The notes below the pieces were generated by a model that was not told the origin of the DNA, searched no databases, and was given only the letters and a program-made list of their open reading frames with translations. Shown here piece after piece: positions 18,684-29,509 of a stretch of 64,000 nucleotides of DNA. Each line of letters begins with the position of its first letter. Position 1 is the stretch's first letter. The stretch covers positions 64,957 to 128,956 of the forward strand of contig JAIXWD010000005.1 in the NCBI GenBank assembly GCA_027482225.1, written 5' to 3'. The translations under genes and the position numbers were made by a program. Source of the DNA: Bacteroidota bacterium (GTDB lineage Bacteria; Bacteroidota; Bacteroidia; UKL13-3).

Positions 18684-19754
18684 TTAGGCATCTAAAATAG
18701 CCAATAATTTTTCGGTGCTTTTTAAACCATGTCCGCTAAATAATGTTACCCAAGTTTCGCCTTCAACTATTGCCTGTGCCTTCATTAAGCCAGCAATTGT
18801 AGCTGCGCTTGTGGGTTCGATGTAAAACCCTTTAGAATTACACAACTTCAAGGCAGCAATAATCTCATTATCACTAACTGTTAAAAAAACCCCTTGTGTT
18901 TTATTAACAGCACTTATCATTTCTTTACCTCTTATTGGTTTGGAAATGGCAATACCTTCGGCCAATGTATGGCCACTATTTACTTTTACAGGTTCGTTTA
19001 AACCTTGTTTCCAGGCTTCATAAAGTGGTGCACAATATGCTGATTGCACCGCAACTATTTTAGGCATTTGGGTAATTACATTGCTATCAAACAAATGTTT
19101 AAACCCCATATAACAACCAAGTATCAGCGTTCCATTTCCTGCTGGTAATACAACAACATCGGGCGCTTTCCAACCCAATTGTTCGCATACTTCATAGGCA
19201 AATGTTTTGGTGCCTTGTAAAAAATATGGATTGTAACAATGACTAGCATAATAGGATTTTTGTGCGGCCAATAGTGCTGCTGCGGCAGTGGCTTGTCTAT
19301 CCCCATCAACCAAAACTAAGTTTGCACCATAAGCACGAACCTGCGCCAACTTTGCACTACTGGTATCCGCAGGAACATAGATATCGCAGCCAATTCCGGC
19401 ATTTGCAGCGTATGCAGCAATTGAGCAACCCGCATTTCCACTACTATCTTGCACTACATGCCTTACACCAATTTTTTTGGCATAACTCATCAACACACTT
19501 GCTCCTCTATCTTTGTAGGAACCTGTAGGAAACAACTGCTCTTGTTTTACAAAAACTTGCTTGCCAAACAATTCAATTTGCAACAATGGCGTAAACCCCT
19601 CCCCTAAAGATACGGCATCTTTATAATCAACTGGCAAAAAATGATGATAACGCCACATACCACCAATGTTACCATTAACCAAATTAACATAAAATAAATC
19701 TGAGTTAAATGACTCATTATTATAAGATTTAAATGTATTTTGCTCTAAGTTCAT
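18684..19754 (-). CDS. Threonine synthase-like PLP-dependent enzyme (fold type II)
   Basis: MWRY, SLGEG.TPL, PTGSYKDRG (PLP lysine), DSSGNAG and EPTSA motifs. Confidence 0.8.
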   Translation of the reverse strand: MNLEQNTFKSYNNESFNSDLFYVNLVNGNIGGMWRYHHFLPVDYKDAVSLGEGFTPLLQIELFGKQVFVKQEQLFPTGSYKDRGASVLMSYAKKIGVRHVVQDSSGNAGCSIAAYAANAGIGCDIYVPADTSSAKLAQVRAYGANLVLVDGDRQATAAAALLAAQKSYYASHCYNPYFLQGTKTFAYEVCEQLGWKAPDVVVLPAGNGTLILGCYMGFKHLFDSNVITQMPKIVAVQSAYCAPLYEAWKQGLNEPVKVNSGHTLAEGIAISKPIRGKEMISAVNKTQGVFLTVSDNEIIAALKLCNSKGFYIEPTSAATIAGLMKAQAIVEGETWVTLFSGHGLKSTEKLLAILDA

Positions 19755-19911
19755 TTAATTGCCGTGGTAACTAATGATGAACAGCAATAATAACTAAAAA
19801 CAAACGTCTTAAATTGTTCTTAAATTAGATTCTTAAGAAAAAATTAAGTGGATATTATTGTAAGTTTGATTTGTATTTAGGCCGAAATAAAGTCACGTTT
19901 AAAATAATTAC

Positions 19912-22900
19912 ATGAGTATGAATAAACCAATTACTATATTTAAAAGAGTTTCACTCTTGCTTTTGCTAACACTAGCAATGTTATTGAGTAACTCTTCTAC
20001 CTATGCCACACACGTTGTTGGAGGCGATGTAGAGTATGAGTGCACCGGGCCACGTATATGGAAAATGAGGTTAACTATTTACCGTTTTTGCAATGGTGCA
20101 GCCCTTTGTTCAAATATGGGATGTACTGCTCCCATGACAGCTAGACCAAATACAACACTAAATCCGGCAGGTTGTGTGGCTAACCCAAGCACCGTGCCTT
20201 TAACTTTATCTTTAGTAAAAGTTGAAGACATTGGTAAGGCAAACGTGGCATTGTGTGGTAATTTAGCAAAAAATGGTTGTAATAACCTTGGGCAAGTTAC
20301 CCCAGGTCCTTACAACCCATCAATTGAAAAATATGTATTTGAGGGCACTTTAAATTTAAGTATGCCATCCCTAAACAATAGCAACTGCGCGTATTGGGAT
20401 GTGTTTTGGGAACTTTGCTGCCGCAATGATAATATTTGGAACTTAGCAGGTTCTGGAGGGCAGTCATTTAGAATTGGAGCAACTATTAATATATTTAATC
20501 GTTCACAAAACCCATGCAAAAACAATTCACCTGTATTTAAAGAGGAGCCCGTTGCCACATTATGCTCGGGACAAGAATATGTATTTAACATGGGAGCACT
20601 AGATGTTGATGATGACTCCCTAACTTATGAAATTTCACCCTCTATACAACAAGGAGGTGGTTTAGTGAACTACCAACCACCAGGCAGTGCCAATTATCCA
20701 TTTCCCTTAAATTCTACCAAAGCTCCACATGTTAATTTCCCTCAACCAAATGGGCCTTATGTAGTAATAGATTCTGTTAATGGTGACATCAGCTTAAATG
20801 CATTGAATAATACTACAGGCTTTATATACGGAAACCTGAATGTACGAGTCAAGCAATGGTCTTATGATGCAAATGGAGTGCCCGTTTTAGTTGGTATTAC
20901 ACAGCGAGATTTACAATTGTATGTTTTTAACTGTCCCGGTAATAATCCACCTCGCCTAGCCACAATTCCGTCTGGGCCAAACAATAAACCCATTTATGAT
21001 TATGCGGTTTGTGCAGGCGAACAGCTTTGTTTTACTGTAATAGCCAAAGATACAGATGTTTACCCACTTATTCCGAGGTATGACACCACCTTCATGAAAT
21101 GGAACGAAGGTATAGTTAGGCCAGGTAAACTTACATTTCAGCCTACCTACCCTGTTGGGGCTGGCTTACCTCGTCCAAGAGAAGACTCTTGGCAATTTTG
21201 TTGGCAAACAGAAGAAAGTGATGGAAGAACATTACCTTATTATTTTACCGTTACAGGTGCTGATAAATTCTGTCCAAATGTTGGTCGCGTAACACGTTCT
21301 TTTAGTATACGGGTTTTACAAACACCAAAAGCAGATGGTGTGAAGCAAGATTTATTTTGTGGTAGATGGATATATCGGGTACGAAAAACGGAAGTTAAAC
21401 AAACCTTCGCCTCAGCCTCTATGAGGATTGCTGTAAATCCTTTCGACTATAATTTTTCAGGAGGATTTAGATCAATACCTTTAAGAGCTCTTAATCCAGG
21501 ACCTAACGCTACAGGACCAATAACCGATCCTAGGCCAATTTTTATTGATACATTTACTTATACCAGAGGTGGCAAGTACTTGGTACAGTTTACAGTTTCT
21601 ACACCGGGTTTTACAGCAGGGCAGTTTTGTACAAAAGTATATACTGATACCATAACAGTAGATACGCCAGTGGTTGTAAATGTTAAAGATACTTTTACTT
21701 GTAAAGGCACAGTTATAAACCTAAAATCAGAGGGTAAATTCGGTGTAGCACCCTATACTTATACATGGTATCGCAACTCACGAACAAACGCACCTGTAAA
21801 AGGCCCAATACAAAACAATGGTAATAACTACGATGCACCAGATACTTCAAATACTAAATATATAGTAGAAATAAGAGACTTGCGGGGTTGTAGATTTTTT
21901 GATAGTACAGTTTTAGACATAAAACAACTGCCCATACCACGATTTAATCCTGATACTGCCCGTATATGTGCAGGTCAATCATTTACGCTAAATGCGGGGA
22001 ACAATAATGGTAACATTGCTTCTTACACTTGGTTTAAAAATAACATTTTAGAAGCCAATGATTCGGTGCAATCTGTTGTTAAAAAAGATTCTGGAACTTA
22101 TGTGCTACTTATGGTTGATACATTTGGTTGTAGAATGCGCGACACGTTTAATTTACGAGTGAATTTACCTATTGTGGCAAATGCGGGAACTGATACTTCT
22201 GTTTGTCCGAGAGATACTGTTGATTTAATAGCAAGGGGCGGATATAAATATAAATGGGATAGAATTGCAGGCCCAACTTTATTTAATGTACAAGCAAAAG
22301 GCTATTCGTCAACATACAGAGCGGCACCAAATGTTACAACAGATTATGTCGTAACCGCGTATTTTTCTTTTCCAGATACAGCCTCAAGCTACTTAGAGTG
22401 TAGCAACACCGATACGGTAAGGGTTATAGCAAGGCCGTTACCTAATTTATCGCCAACGCAACCTCAAAATCTTTGTAGAAGCGAGAAAGAATTAGTTTTG
22501 CCATTTAGATTGGTAACACCAGCCAACCAACAAGGTGGTACTGGTGGATGGGCTTTTGCTAACGCACCAGGATCATTATCTGTTACGGGTAATACTACTA
22601 TGTTAAGAGTAGATAGCTTGCCTAACTTACCTAGGGATACATTTTACGGAACCATGCAAACACAAATTGCTGGAGCAAGTAGAAATTATTACCTCAAATA
22701 TGCATACCGAGGACCCGCAGAACAAGGTGCTTGTTTAAGAGAAGACTCTACGTTAATTCGTGTTTTTTCATTGCCAAAAACATCGGCAGGTTCTGATACA
22801 TCAGTATGTATTAATAGAGTTGGTACATATTCTTTAAAATTTGCAAATCATAAGCATAGTCCACAAGACCCATCAGGTAAAGTAGGTATTTGGTCTATTT

Positions 22901-24813
22901 CACAAGGAGCAGGTTTAGTTACAACAATAGAAAATGCCAATACAACCAGTTTCTCATACGATCCAAGGCTTCCAGGAGTTAACTCAGCTCCAACGCCAAA
23001 TGTATTAAGATATACTTACACCATTAATTACAACTTACCTCTACCGTCAACCGGAGTGAAAAGTTGTGTAAACGTTGATTCAATGAATATGCTTGTTGTA
23101 CCTACACCTGAAGTTGATGCTGGTACAAACTTTGCAATTTGTAAAAATGAACCCATTTTCCCGGTAGCTGCAAAATCTGGAGCAACCACAAATTCTACCA
23201 TACCAGGTTCAACTTTTTGGAGTTTTGCACCAGGACAATTACCAAATAATATGAATAATGCTATTGTAAGTAAACTTAACTTCGATGCGCAAAATCCTAT
23301 AGTACCAATTAATGGAGGTGTTTGGAAATTGTATTACACAGATGATGCAACGGGATGCTCTGCACGCGATAGTGTAAATATGGAAATCATAAAACTTCCA
23401 GAAGTGGAGATTACATACGCAACAGCAGGAACAAATGATTCCATTTGTAAAACAGCCTCTGGTATTCAGTTTTCAGGAACTGCTACACCAACAGGCGGTA
23501 TTGGTGTGTATTCTGGAGTTGGCGTTACAGCATCGGGACTATTTAATGTGCAAGACCCAATTGTGACTCCACAAAATAGCTATACCGCATATTATAATTA
23601 CTCAATAACAAAATTAAGTACCACTTGTACAGGATATGATTCTATCATAACTTTTGTACAACAACCACCATCATTATCTTTGGGAAATGTTTTGCCAAAA
23701 TGTGATTATGATACCATTCCATTTGATTTATTAGCTAATATTTCGCCAACATTTTATGGTGTAAAATGGACACACGATGGAACTGGTACTTTTGATGATG
23801 ATGCATCATTAACACCAAAATATAGATTTACAAAACCAGGCGATTCAGACAAACAATTTGTAATAGCAACGGCAAGTACAACAAATAACGGAGTGTGTGC
23901 AGCAACCACAGCAAATGTGCGTTTAGATATTAATCCTAAACCAAATCCTAATTACACTTGCGATAGTTGTATAGGTTGTGCTCCACTTACCTCATACTTA
24001 GCTGCCGAGGGCTCTGGTGTAGGAGGTAGTACATACAATTGGTACCTGATTAACGGAACCACTGAAACCCAATTTGCGCCTAGTGATTCTGCGATTGTTA
24101 GCTCACTTGCTACATATGGCAAAAGAACCATAAAACTAAAAGTAGTTACACCTGCTGGTTGTACGTCAGAGTTTATTGATACCATAACGGTATACGATGT
24201 TCCTAAAGCATCTTTCTATACCAATCCCGAGAGAACAACAATTGCTAAACCTGAGTTTGATTTTTTCAATACTTCTACTGTAGACGATAACCAAACCATG
24301 AAGTACAAATGGAATTTTGGACCTGATCCACAATTCTCAGGTTCAGGTAACGGACCAGACAGAATTCTTGACGAAAAAGATCCTCAAAATATAGCTTTTG
24401 ATACTGTGTCATGCGATATACTAACATACTTAACTGTTACAACTACTCCAGGTGGTTGTGTTGATACAGCTATTAGACCAGTATGTATCGAACCAGACAT
24501 TACTATATTCATACCATCTGCATTTAGGCCTGTGCCAGGCGCTAACTCTGCACCATGCGTAGATCCAACCTTCTCTGATTGTAATGACAAATTCCGCGTA
24601 TATGCAGCAGGATTTAAAACAATTGAAGTATATGTGTTTAACCGTTGGGGACAACAGGTGTTCTCAACTATAAACCCTGATATTGGTTGGAATGGTTTAA
24701 TAAGTAATACAGGAGCTGAATGCCCACAAGATGTTTACATTTACCAAATAAATGCAACCAGCTTTAATGGCAAAAAATATACCTACTCAGGATCTATTAC
24801 GTTATTAAGATAA
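19912..24813 (+). CDS. Large Cys-rich surface protein with Ig/PKD-like repeats and a T9SS type-B (gliding motility-associated) C-terminal domain
   Basis: Signal peptide ending ATHVVGGD. Repeated (A/V)NAG.D..(V/I)C units and a PKD-like YKWNFG. CTD IFIPSAF...NDKF...VFNRWGQQVF...WNG...QDVYIY...GSITLLR. Confidence 0.88.
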   Translation: MSMNKPITIFKRVSLLLLLTLAMLLSNSSTYATHVVGGDVEYECTGPRIWKMRLTIYRFCNGAALCSNMGCTAPMTARPNTTLNPAGCVANPSTVPLTLSLVKVEDIGKANVALCGNLAKNGCNNLGQVTPGPYNPSIEKYVFEGTLNLSMPSLNNSNCAYWDVFWELCCRNDNIWNLAGSGGQSFRIGATINIFNRSQNPCKNNSPVFKEEPVATLCSGQEYVFNMGALDVDDDSLTYEISPSIQQGGGLVNYQPPGSANYPFPLNSTKAPHVNFPQPNGPYVVIDSVNGDISLNALNNTTGFIYGNLNVRVKQWSYDANGVPVLVGITQRDLQLYVFNCPGNNPPRLATIPSGPNNKPIYDYAVCAGEQLCFTVIAKDTDVYPLIPRYDTTFMKWNEGIVRPGKLTFQPTYPVGAGLPRPREDSWQFCWQTEESDGRTLPYYFTVTGADKFCPNVGRVTRSFSIRVLQTPKADGVKQDLFCGRWIYRVRKTEVKQTFASASMRIAVNPFDYNFSGGFRSIPLRALNPGPNATGPITDPRPIFIDTFTYTRGGKYLVQFTVSTPGFTAGQFCTKVYTDTITVDTPVVVNVKDTFTCKGTVINLKSEGKFGVAPYTYTWYRNSRTNAPVKGPIQNNGNNYDAPDTSNTKYIVEIRDLRGCRFFDSTVLDIKQLPIPRFNPDTARICAGQSFTLNAGNNNGNIASYTWFKNNILEANDSVQSVVKKDSGTYVLLMVDTFGCRMRDTFNLRVNLPIVANAGTDTSVCPRDTVDLIARGGYKYKWDRIAGPTLFNVQAKGYSSTYRAAPNVTTDYVVTAYFSFPDTASSYLECSNTDTVRVIARPLPNLSPTQPQNLCRSEKELVLPFRLVTPANQQGGTGGWAFANAPGSLSVTGNTTMLRVDSLPNLPRDTFYGTMQTQIAGASRNYYLKYAYRGPAEQGACLREDSTLIRVFSLPKTSAGSDTSVCINRVGTYSLKFANHKHSPQDPSGKVGIWSISQGAGLVTTIENANTTSFSYDPRLPGVNSAPTPNVLRYTYTINYNLPLPSTGVKSCVNVDSMNMLVVPTPEVDAGTNFAICKNEPIFPVAAKSGATTNSTIPGSTFWSFAPGQLPNNMNNAIVSKLNFDAQNPIVPINGGVWKLYYTDDATGCSARDSVNMEIIKLPEVEITYATAGTNDSICKTASGIQFSGTATPTGGIGVYSGVGVTASGLFNVQDPIVTPQNSYTAYYNYSITKLSTTCTGYDSIITFVQQPPSLSLGNVLPKCDYDTIPFDLLANISPTFYGVKWTHDGTGTFDDDASLTPKYRFTKPGDSDKQFVIATASTTNNGVCAATTANVRLDINPKPNPNYTCDSCIGCAPLTSYLAAEGSGVGGSTYNWYLINGTTETQFAPSDSAIVSSLATYGKRTIKLKVVTPAGCTSEFIDTITVYDVPKASFYTNPERTTIAKPEFDFFNTSTVDDNQTMKYKWNFGPDPQFSGSGNGPDRILDEKDPQNIAFDTVSCDILTYLTVTTTPGGCVDTAIRPVCIEPDITIFIPSAFRPVPGANSAPCVDPTFSDCNDKFRVYAAGFKTIEVYVFNRWGQQVFSTINPDIGWNGLISNTGAECPQDVYIYQINATSFNGKKYTYSGSITLLR

Positions 24814-24837
24814 GTATAGATAGAAATATTAAATATT

Positions 24838-24869
24838 AAATCGCGCGGCCAAGGCCGCGCGATTTTTTT
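24838..24869 (+). terminator. Intrinsic terminator
   Basis: aaatcgcgcggcc-aa-ggccgcgcgattt followed by a T run. Confidence 0.88.
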
Positions 24870-24920
24870 GCTATTAAAATAGAAATATCAAATTATCATT
24901 CAATTTTATATATTGCCTAC

Positions 24921-27857
24921 ATGAGGTTATTAACTTTATACGCAACAATATTGCTCTTACCTTTTGCATTAAAAGCACAAACAACTTTTAATGTAAATGG
25001 CCCCGTAAATCCATTGATGGAATATACGGCATATACACATGCAACTGTATTCATCAACCCAAACACCGTTTTAAATAATGCAACCATATTAGTAAAACAA
25101 GGAAAAGTTGAAAGCGTAACAACCGATGGAACAGTTCCTAAAAATGCCATTGAAGTAAACTTAAGAGGTAAAACAGTTTATCCTTCGTTTATTGATTTGT
25201 ATAGTAATTATGGTGTAAACATGCCTCAACCAATAAAAAATAAAAGCTTTGGTGAGCAGTTTAATAGCAACAAAGCTGGAGCCTATGCTTGGAACGAGGC
25301 ATTAAAACCTGAAGTAAACGCTGCTGCTTATTTTAACTACAACCAAAATGAAGCAAGCGAATTAAGAAGTAAAGGTTTTGCGGTAGTGTTAACAGGCTTA
25401 CAAGACGGAATTTGTAGAGGAACAACATCACTTGTAACTACATCACAACAAGAACCACATTATAACATTTTAAAAAATAATGTGACTTCATCGTTCAGTT
25501 TTAGTAAAGGAACATCAGCACAACCTTACCCATCTTCGTTAATGGGAAGTGTCGCTCTTCTTCGTCAAACTTATTATGATGAAATTTGGTACAACAAACA
25601 AGAAAAGGAAAAAAACTTATCGTTGGTGGCATTTGGTAATTTAGTAAAATTGCCTGCAATTTTTGATGCAGGAAATAAACAAAACGTACTTCGTGCAGCG
25701 GTAATTGCAAAGGAGTTTAATGCAAATTATATCATAAAAACTAATGGTGATGATTACCAACGTTTGCAAGAAATTAAACAAAATAATTTTCCATTAATAG
25801 TTCCGGTTAATTTTCCTAAGGCCTACAAAATTAATGATGCATTTGATGCCGATCTTATATCAACAAGCGATTTAAAACATTGGGAATTGGCTCCTGCCAA
25901 CTTGTACTTCTTATGGAAAAACAACATCAAATTTTGCATTACATCACAAGGATGTAAAGAACAAGAATTCTTAAATAATTTACGTAAAGCTGTAAGTTAT
26001 GGCTTACCGAAAAACGAGGCATTAAAAGCACTTACGCAAACACCTGCATCTTTAATAGGTGCAAGCAATTTGGGCGAAATTAAAAAAGATGCATTGGCTA
26101 ACTTTATCATTTGTAATGGTGATTTATTTGATGAGGAAACTGACATTTTAGAAATGGTTATTCAAGGAAAACGCCATACTATAAGTTATGGAAACAGCCT
26201 TAAGTTGGCTGATGAATATAAAATAAATAGCAATATTACCTTAATAATTAAAAAACAATTAGCCATAATAGATGCCGATACTTTTAAATTAAAAAATAGT
26301 TTACAAGGTGCCGTTGCTCACTTTATTTTAGATGGAAAATCGCTAATTACTTACCAAGCAAGTGCCACTTTGGTTGATAGCAGCAACTATCCGTACACCA
26401 TCAAAAAACTTACCGGATTTACTAAGAATACAGATAAGAGTATTAGCTTATGGGACGCCAATGCCTCATCAAACCCTAACAAAAAGAAAGAAAATAACAC
26501 CACCACAAAATTGTTGAGTGATAGTTTAATTTGGTTTCCGTTTAACGATTTTGGTAGTAATACATTAGCTAAACAACAAAAAGTACTATTTAAAAATGCT
26601 ACTGTTTGGACCAATGAGGAACTAGGCATATCATCCCAAACAGATGTAATAATTGCTGATGGAAAAATTACTGCAGTAGGTAAAAATTTATCATGTAAAG
26701 ATTGCGAAGTAATTGATGCCGCAGGCAAACATTTAACCAATGGTATAATTGATGAGCACTCTCACATTGCCATAACACATGGCGTTAACGAAGGTACACA
26801 AGCAGTTACCAGTGAAGTTAGAATTGGTGATGCTGTAAATGCAGATGATATTAATATTTACCGACAGCTTGCCGGTGGAGTTATTGCAGCGCAATTGCTA
26901 CATGGTAGCGCAAATCCTATTGGCGGACAAAGTGCTTTGATTAAGTTACGTTGGGGTTTAGCTCCCGAAAAAATGAAGATAGAAAATGCACCAGGCTACA
27001 TCAAATTTGCTTTAGGTGAAAACGTAAAACAAGCCAATTGGGGCGATGGTGCAACAACCCGTTATCCGCAAACGCGCATGGGTGTTGAGCAAGTTTTTGT
27101 TGATGCATTTACACGTGCTAAAGAGTACGAACAAAAACTTAAAACAGATAAAACCACACGCAAGGATTTAGAGTTAGATGCATTGGTTGAAATATTAAAC
27201 AGTAAACGTTTTATTACTTGTCATAGCTACGTTCAAAGTGAAATAAATATGTTGATGCATGTAGCAGATACATTTGGATTTAGAGTAAATACATTTACAC
27301 ATATTTTAGAAGGTTATAAAGTAGCTGATAAAATGAAAAAACATGGTGTTAATGCCAGTACATTTGCCGATTGGTGGGCATATAAATATGAGGTTATTGA
27401 TGCGATACCACATAATGCTGCAATACTTAACCGAATGGGTGTTACTGTTGCTGTGAATAGTGATGATGCCGAAATGGGAAGAAGACTTAACCAAGAGGCC
27501 GCCAAAATTATAAAATACGGCAATGTAAGTGAAGAAGAAGCATGGAAAATGGTTACACTTAACCCTGCTAAAATGTTGCGTATTGAGAACCGCACAGGAA
27601 GTATTAAAGCGGGTAAAGATGCTGATTTGGTTTTATGGAATAACAACCCACTTAGTATATACGCAAAACCTGAAATGACTTATGTAGACGGAATTTGTTA
27701 TTACAGTTTAAGTAAAGACGAAAAACTCAGAAAACAAGTTTCGCAAACCAGAGCAAAACTAATTAGTGATATTTTACAAGCACAAAAAGATGGTGCCGAA
27801 TCGCAAATACATATATCAGAACTTGAACCTAACTACCACTGCCAAGATGAAGAATAA
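24921..27857 (+). CDS. Exported amidohydrolase-superfamily protein with two amidohydrolase domains
   Basis: Signal peptide. First domain reads PSFIDLYS (no HxH). Second domain has GIIDEHSHI, CHSY, THILE, NSDD and GSIKAGKDADLV. Confidence 0.85.
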   Translation: MRLLTLYATILLLPFALKAQTTFNVNGPVNPLMEYTAYTHATVFINPNTVLNNATILVKQGKVESVTTDGTVPKNAIEVNLRGKTVYPSFIDLYSNYGVNMPQPIKNKSFGEQFNSNKAGAYAWNEALKPEVNAAAYFNYNQNEASELRSKGFAVVLTGLQDGICRGTTSLVTTSQQEPHYNILKNNVTSSFSFSKGTSAQPYPSSLMGSVALLRQTYYDEIWYNKQEKEKNLSLVAFGNLVKLPAIFDAGNKQNVLRAAVIAKEFNANYIIKTNGDDYQRLQEIKQNNFPLIVPVNFPKAYKINDAFDADLISTSDLKHWELAPANLYFLWKNNIKFCITSQGCKEQEFLNNLRKAVSYGLPKNEALKALTQTPASLIGASNLGEIKKDALANFIICNGDLFDEETDILEMVIQGKRHTISYGNSLKLADEYKINSNITLIIKKQLAIIDADTFKLKNSLQGAVAHFILDGKSLITYQASATLVDSSNYPYTIKKLTGFTKNTDKSISLWDANASSNPNKKKENNTTTKLLSDSLIWFPFNDFGSNTLAKQQKVLFKNATVWTNEELGISSQTDVIIADGKITAVGKNLSCKDCEVIDAAGKHLTNGIIDEHSHIAITHGVNEGTQAVTSEVRIGDAVNADDINIYRQLAGGVIAAQLLHGSANPIGGQSALIKLRWGLAPEKMKIENAPGYIKFALGENVKQANWGDGATTRYPQTRMGVEQVFVDAFTRAKEYEQKLKTDKTTRKDLELDALVEILNSKRFITCHSYVQSEINMLMHVADTFGFRVNTFTHILEGYKVADKMKKHGVNASTFADWWAYKYEVIDAIPHNAAILNRMGVTVAVNSDDAEMGRRLNQEAAKIIKYGNVSEEEAWKMVTLNPAKMLRIENRTGSIKAGKDADLVLWNNNPLSIYAKPEMTYVDGICYYSLSKDEKLRKQVSQTRAKLISDILQAQKDGAESQIHISELEPNYHCQDEE

Positions 27858-29100
27858 CATATTTACGACATTATTGCTTTTGATATCTTTTTCAAGTATT
27901 AAAGCACAACAAATACCAGTTATTATTGTGGGTGGAACCGTACATATTGGGAATGGTAAAATAATAAACAACGGATACGTAGCTTTTGATAGCGGTATGT
28001 TTGTTTTTGTTGATAGCGTGATGCGCAACAGTTACAAAAATGCCACGATTATTGATGCAAAAGGTAAACACATTTATCCAGGTTTGTTTCTATTAAATAC
28101 CTATTTGGGTTTGAATGAAATTGATGCCGTTCGTGCCACTAGGGATTATCAAGAAACCGGAGAAATTAATCCTAATGTGCGTGCGTTAATTGCATATAAT
28201 ACTGATTCTAGGGTAGTGCCAACTGCCAAGTTTAATGGCATTACCTACTTGCAGGTTGTGCCGCAAGGCGGATTAGTTTCGGGTACATCATGTGTTGTAA
28301 AAACAGAAGCATACAATTGGGAGGATGCAGTTGTGAACGAAGACGGTATACATATGAATTGGCCAGAGGTAAACCATTATCAAAAAAATGAAGAGCAACA
28401 AAAACGTTTAGCTGATCAGCTTGTTAGTCTTAACACACTTATTGCTGAGGCAAGACAATATCAATACAAAAGCGTTACTAATAAAACAAACCTACGTTTA
28501 CAGGCCATGCAGGCCATTATTAATCAAACTAGGGTATTGTATGTGCATGCTCAATCAGCTAAAGCAATTTTAGAAACTATTGAGTTTATCAAACAAAATC
28601 AACCCCTAAAAGCTGTTATTGTAACTGGCAGCAACGCGCATTTAGTTATTGATGAATTGAAAACAGCCAACATACCAGTTATTATAAATCTAATTCACAG
28701 CTTACCTAACAGAAATCACCACGATATTGACCAACCTTTTAAAACAGTAGCACAATTATTTAACAAAGGCGTAACAGTATCTATTGGATTTAGCGGAAGT
28801 TGGGAAAGCCGTAATGTAATGTACACAGCCGGAACTTGTGCTGCATATGGTATTAACAAAGAACAAGCGCTACAACTAATTACCGAAAATGCTGCTAAAA
28901 TTACAGGTAACCAACAACAGTTAGGAACTATTGAAGCAGGTAAAAATGCCACTTTAATTATTAGCGAAGGTGATGTGTTAGATATGAAAGAAAGTAAACT
29001 TACCCATCTTTTTATAAATGGTGAAACTTGTGATTTAGAAAATTCTCAAACCGAACTTTATAAAAAATACAGCAAGCGATACGGAATTGAAGCTAAATAG
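27847..29100 (+). CDS. Exported amidohydrolase-family protein lacking the HxH motif
   Basis: Signal peptide from the ATG at 27847 (MKNNIF), overlapping the upstream stop. IDAKGKHIYPG and GTIEAGKNATL motifs. Confidence 0.82.
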   Translation: MKNNIFTTLLLLISFSSIKAQQIPVIIVGGTVHIGNGKIINNGYVAFDSGMFVFVDSVMRNSYKNATIIDAKGKHIYPGLFLLNTYLGLNEIDAVRATRDYQETGEINPNVRALIAYNTDSRVVPTAKFNGITYLQVVPQGGLVSGTSCVVKTEAYNWEDAVVNEDGIHMNWPEVNHYQKNEEQQKRLADQLVSLNTLIAEARQYQYKSVTNKTNLRLQAMQAIINQTRVLYVHAQSAKAILETIEFIKQNQPLKAVIVTGSNAHLVIDELKTANIPVIINLIHSLPNRNHHDIDQPFKTVAQLFNKGVTVSIGFSGSWESRNVMYTAGTCAAYGINKEQALQLITENAAKITGNQQQLGTIEAGKNATLIISEGDVLDMKESKLTHLFINGETCDLENSQTELYKKYSKRYGIEAK

Positions 29101-29101
29101 G

Positions 29102-29509
29102 TTAATAATTTAACCTCATTAATCTTGTTGTTTCTCTTCTACTATTTACTTGTACAACGGCTGTATCTCTGGCTACAGCACCCGACATGTTTCTAGCTAA
29201 TAGGTAATAGTTACCTTGTAGTAAATATCCAAAATCGGCAATACCTGAGTTATTGGTGTACACAAAATTTAGCGATAGGTTGTTTACCAAATCGTTATAG
29301 TTAGCATAAAGGTATACTATGGCATTATCTTCAAGGTTATTGTTAACGTTACGCACTTCTGCTTTTAATCTACCATTATACTCAGACGAATCTGTAGTTA
29401 CAATTTGTTGCTGAGGTGTTGTATTATCGTTCTCGTTTTGGGTACAAGATGTCGCAACTGCTACAAACACCAAACCTATCAAAACAAAAATTGAATTTTT
29501 AGTGCACAT
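29102..29509 (-). CDS. Small lipoprotein with a prealbumin/carboxypeptidase-regulatory-like fold
   Basis: From the ATG at 29509: hydrophobic leader, lipobox ATSC, and T..SG.A.F..L..G.Y pattern. Confidence 0.6.
   Translation of the reverse strand: MCTKNSIFVLIGLVFVAVATSCTQNENDNTTPQQQIVTTDSSEYNGRLKAEVRNVNNNLEDNAIVYLYANYNDLVNNLSLNFVYTNNSGIADFGYLLQGNYYLLARNMSGAVARDTAVVQVNSRRETTRLMRLNY

Noticed and set aside
19755..19800. Frameshifted N-terminal Zn-ribbon of the ThrC-like gene
   Set aside because: One upstream frame gives YCCSS..., but there is no CxxC pattern and all frames stop. No support for a pseudogene.
27766..27846. 92-bp overlap between the amidohydrolase genes
   Set aside because: The signal peptide starts at the ATG at 27847, which leaves an ordinary short overlap.
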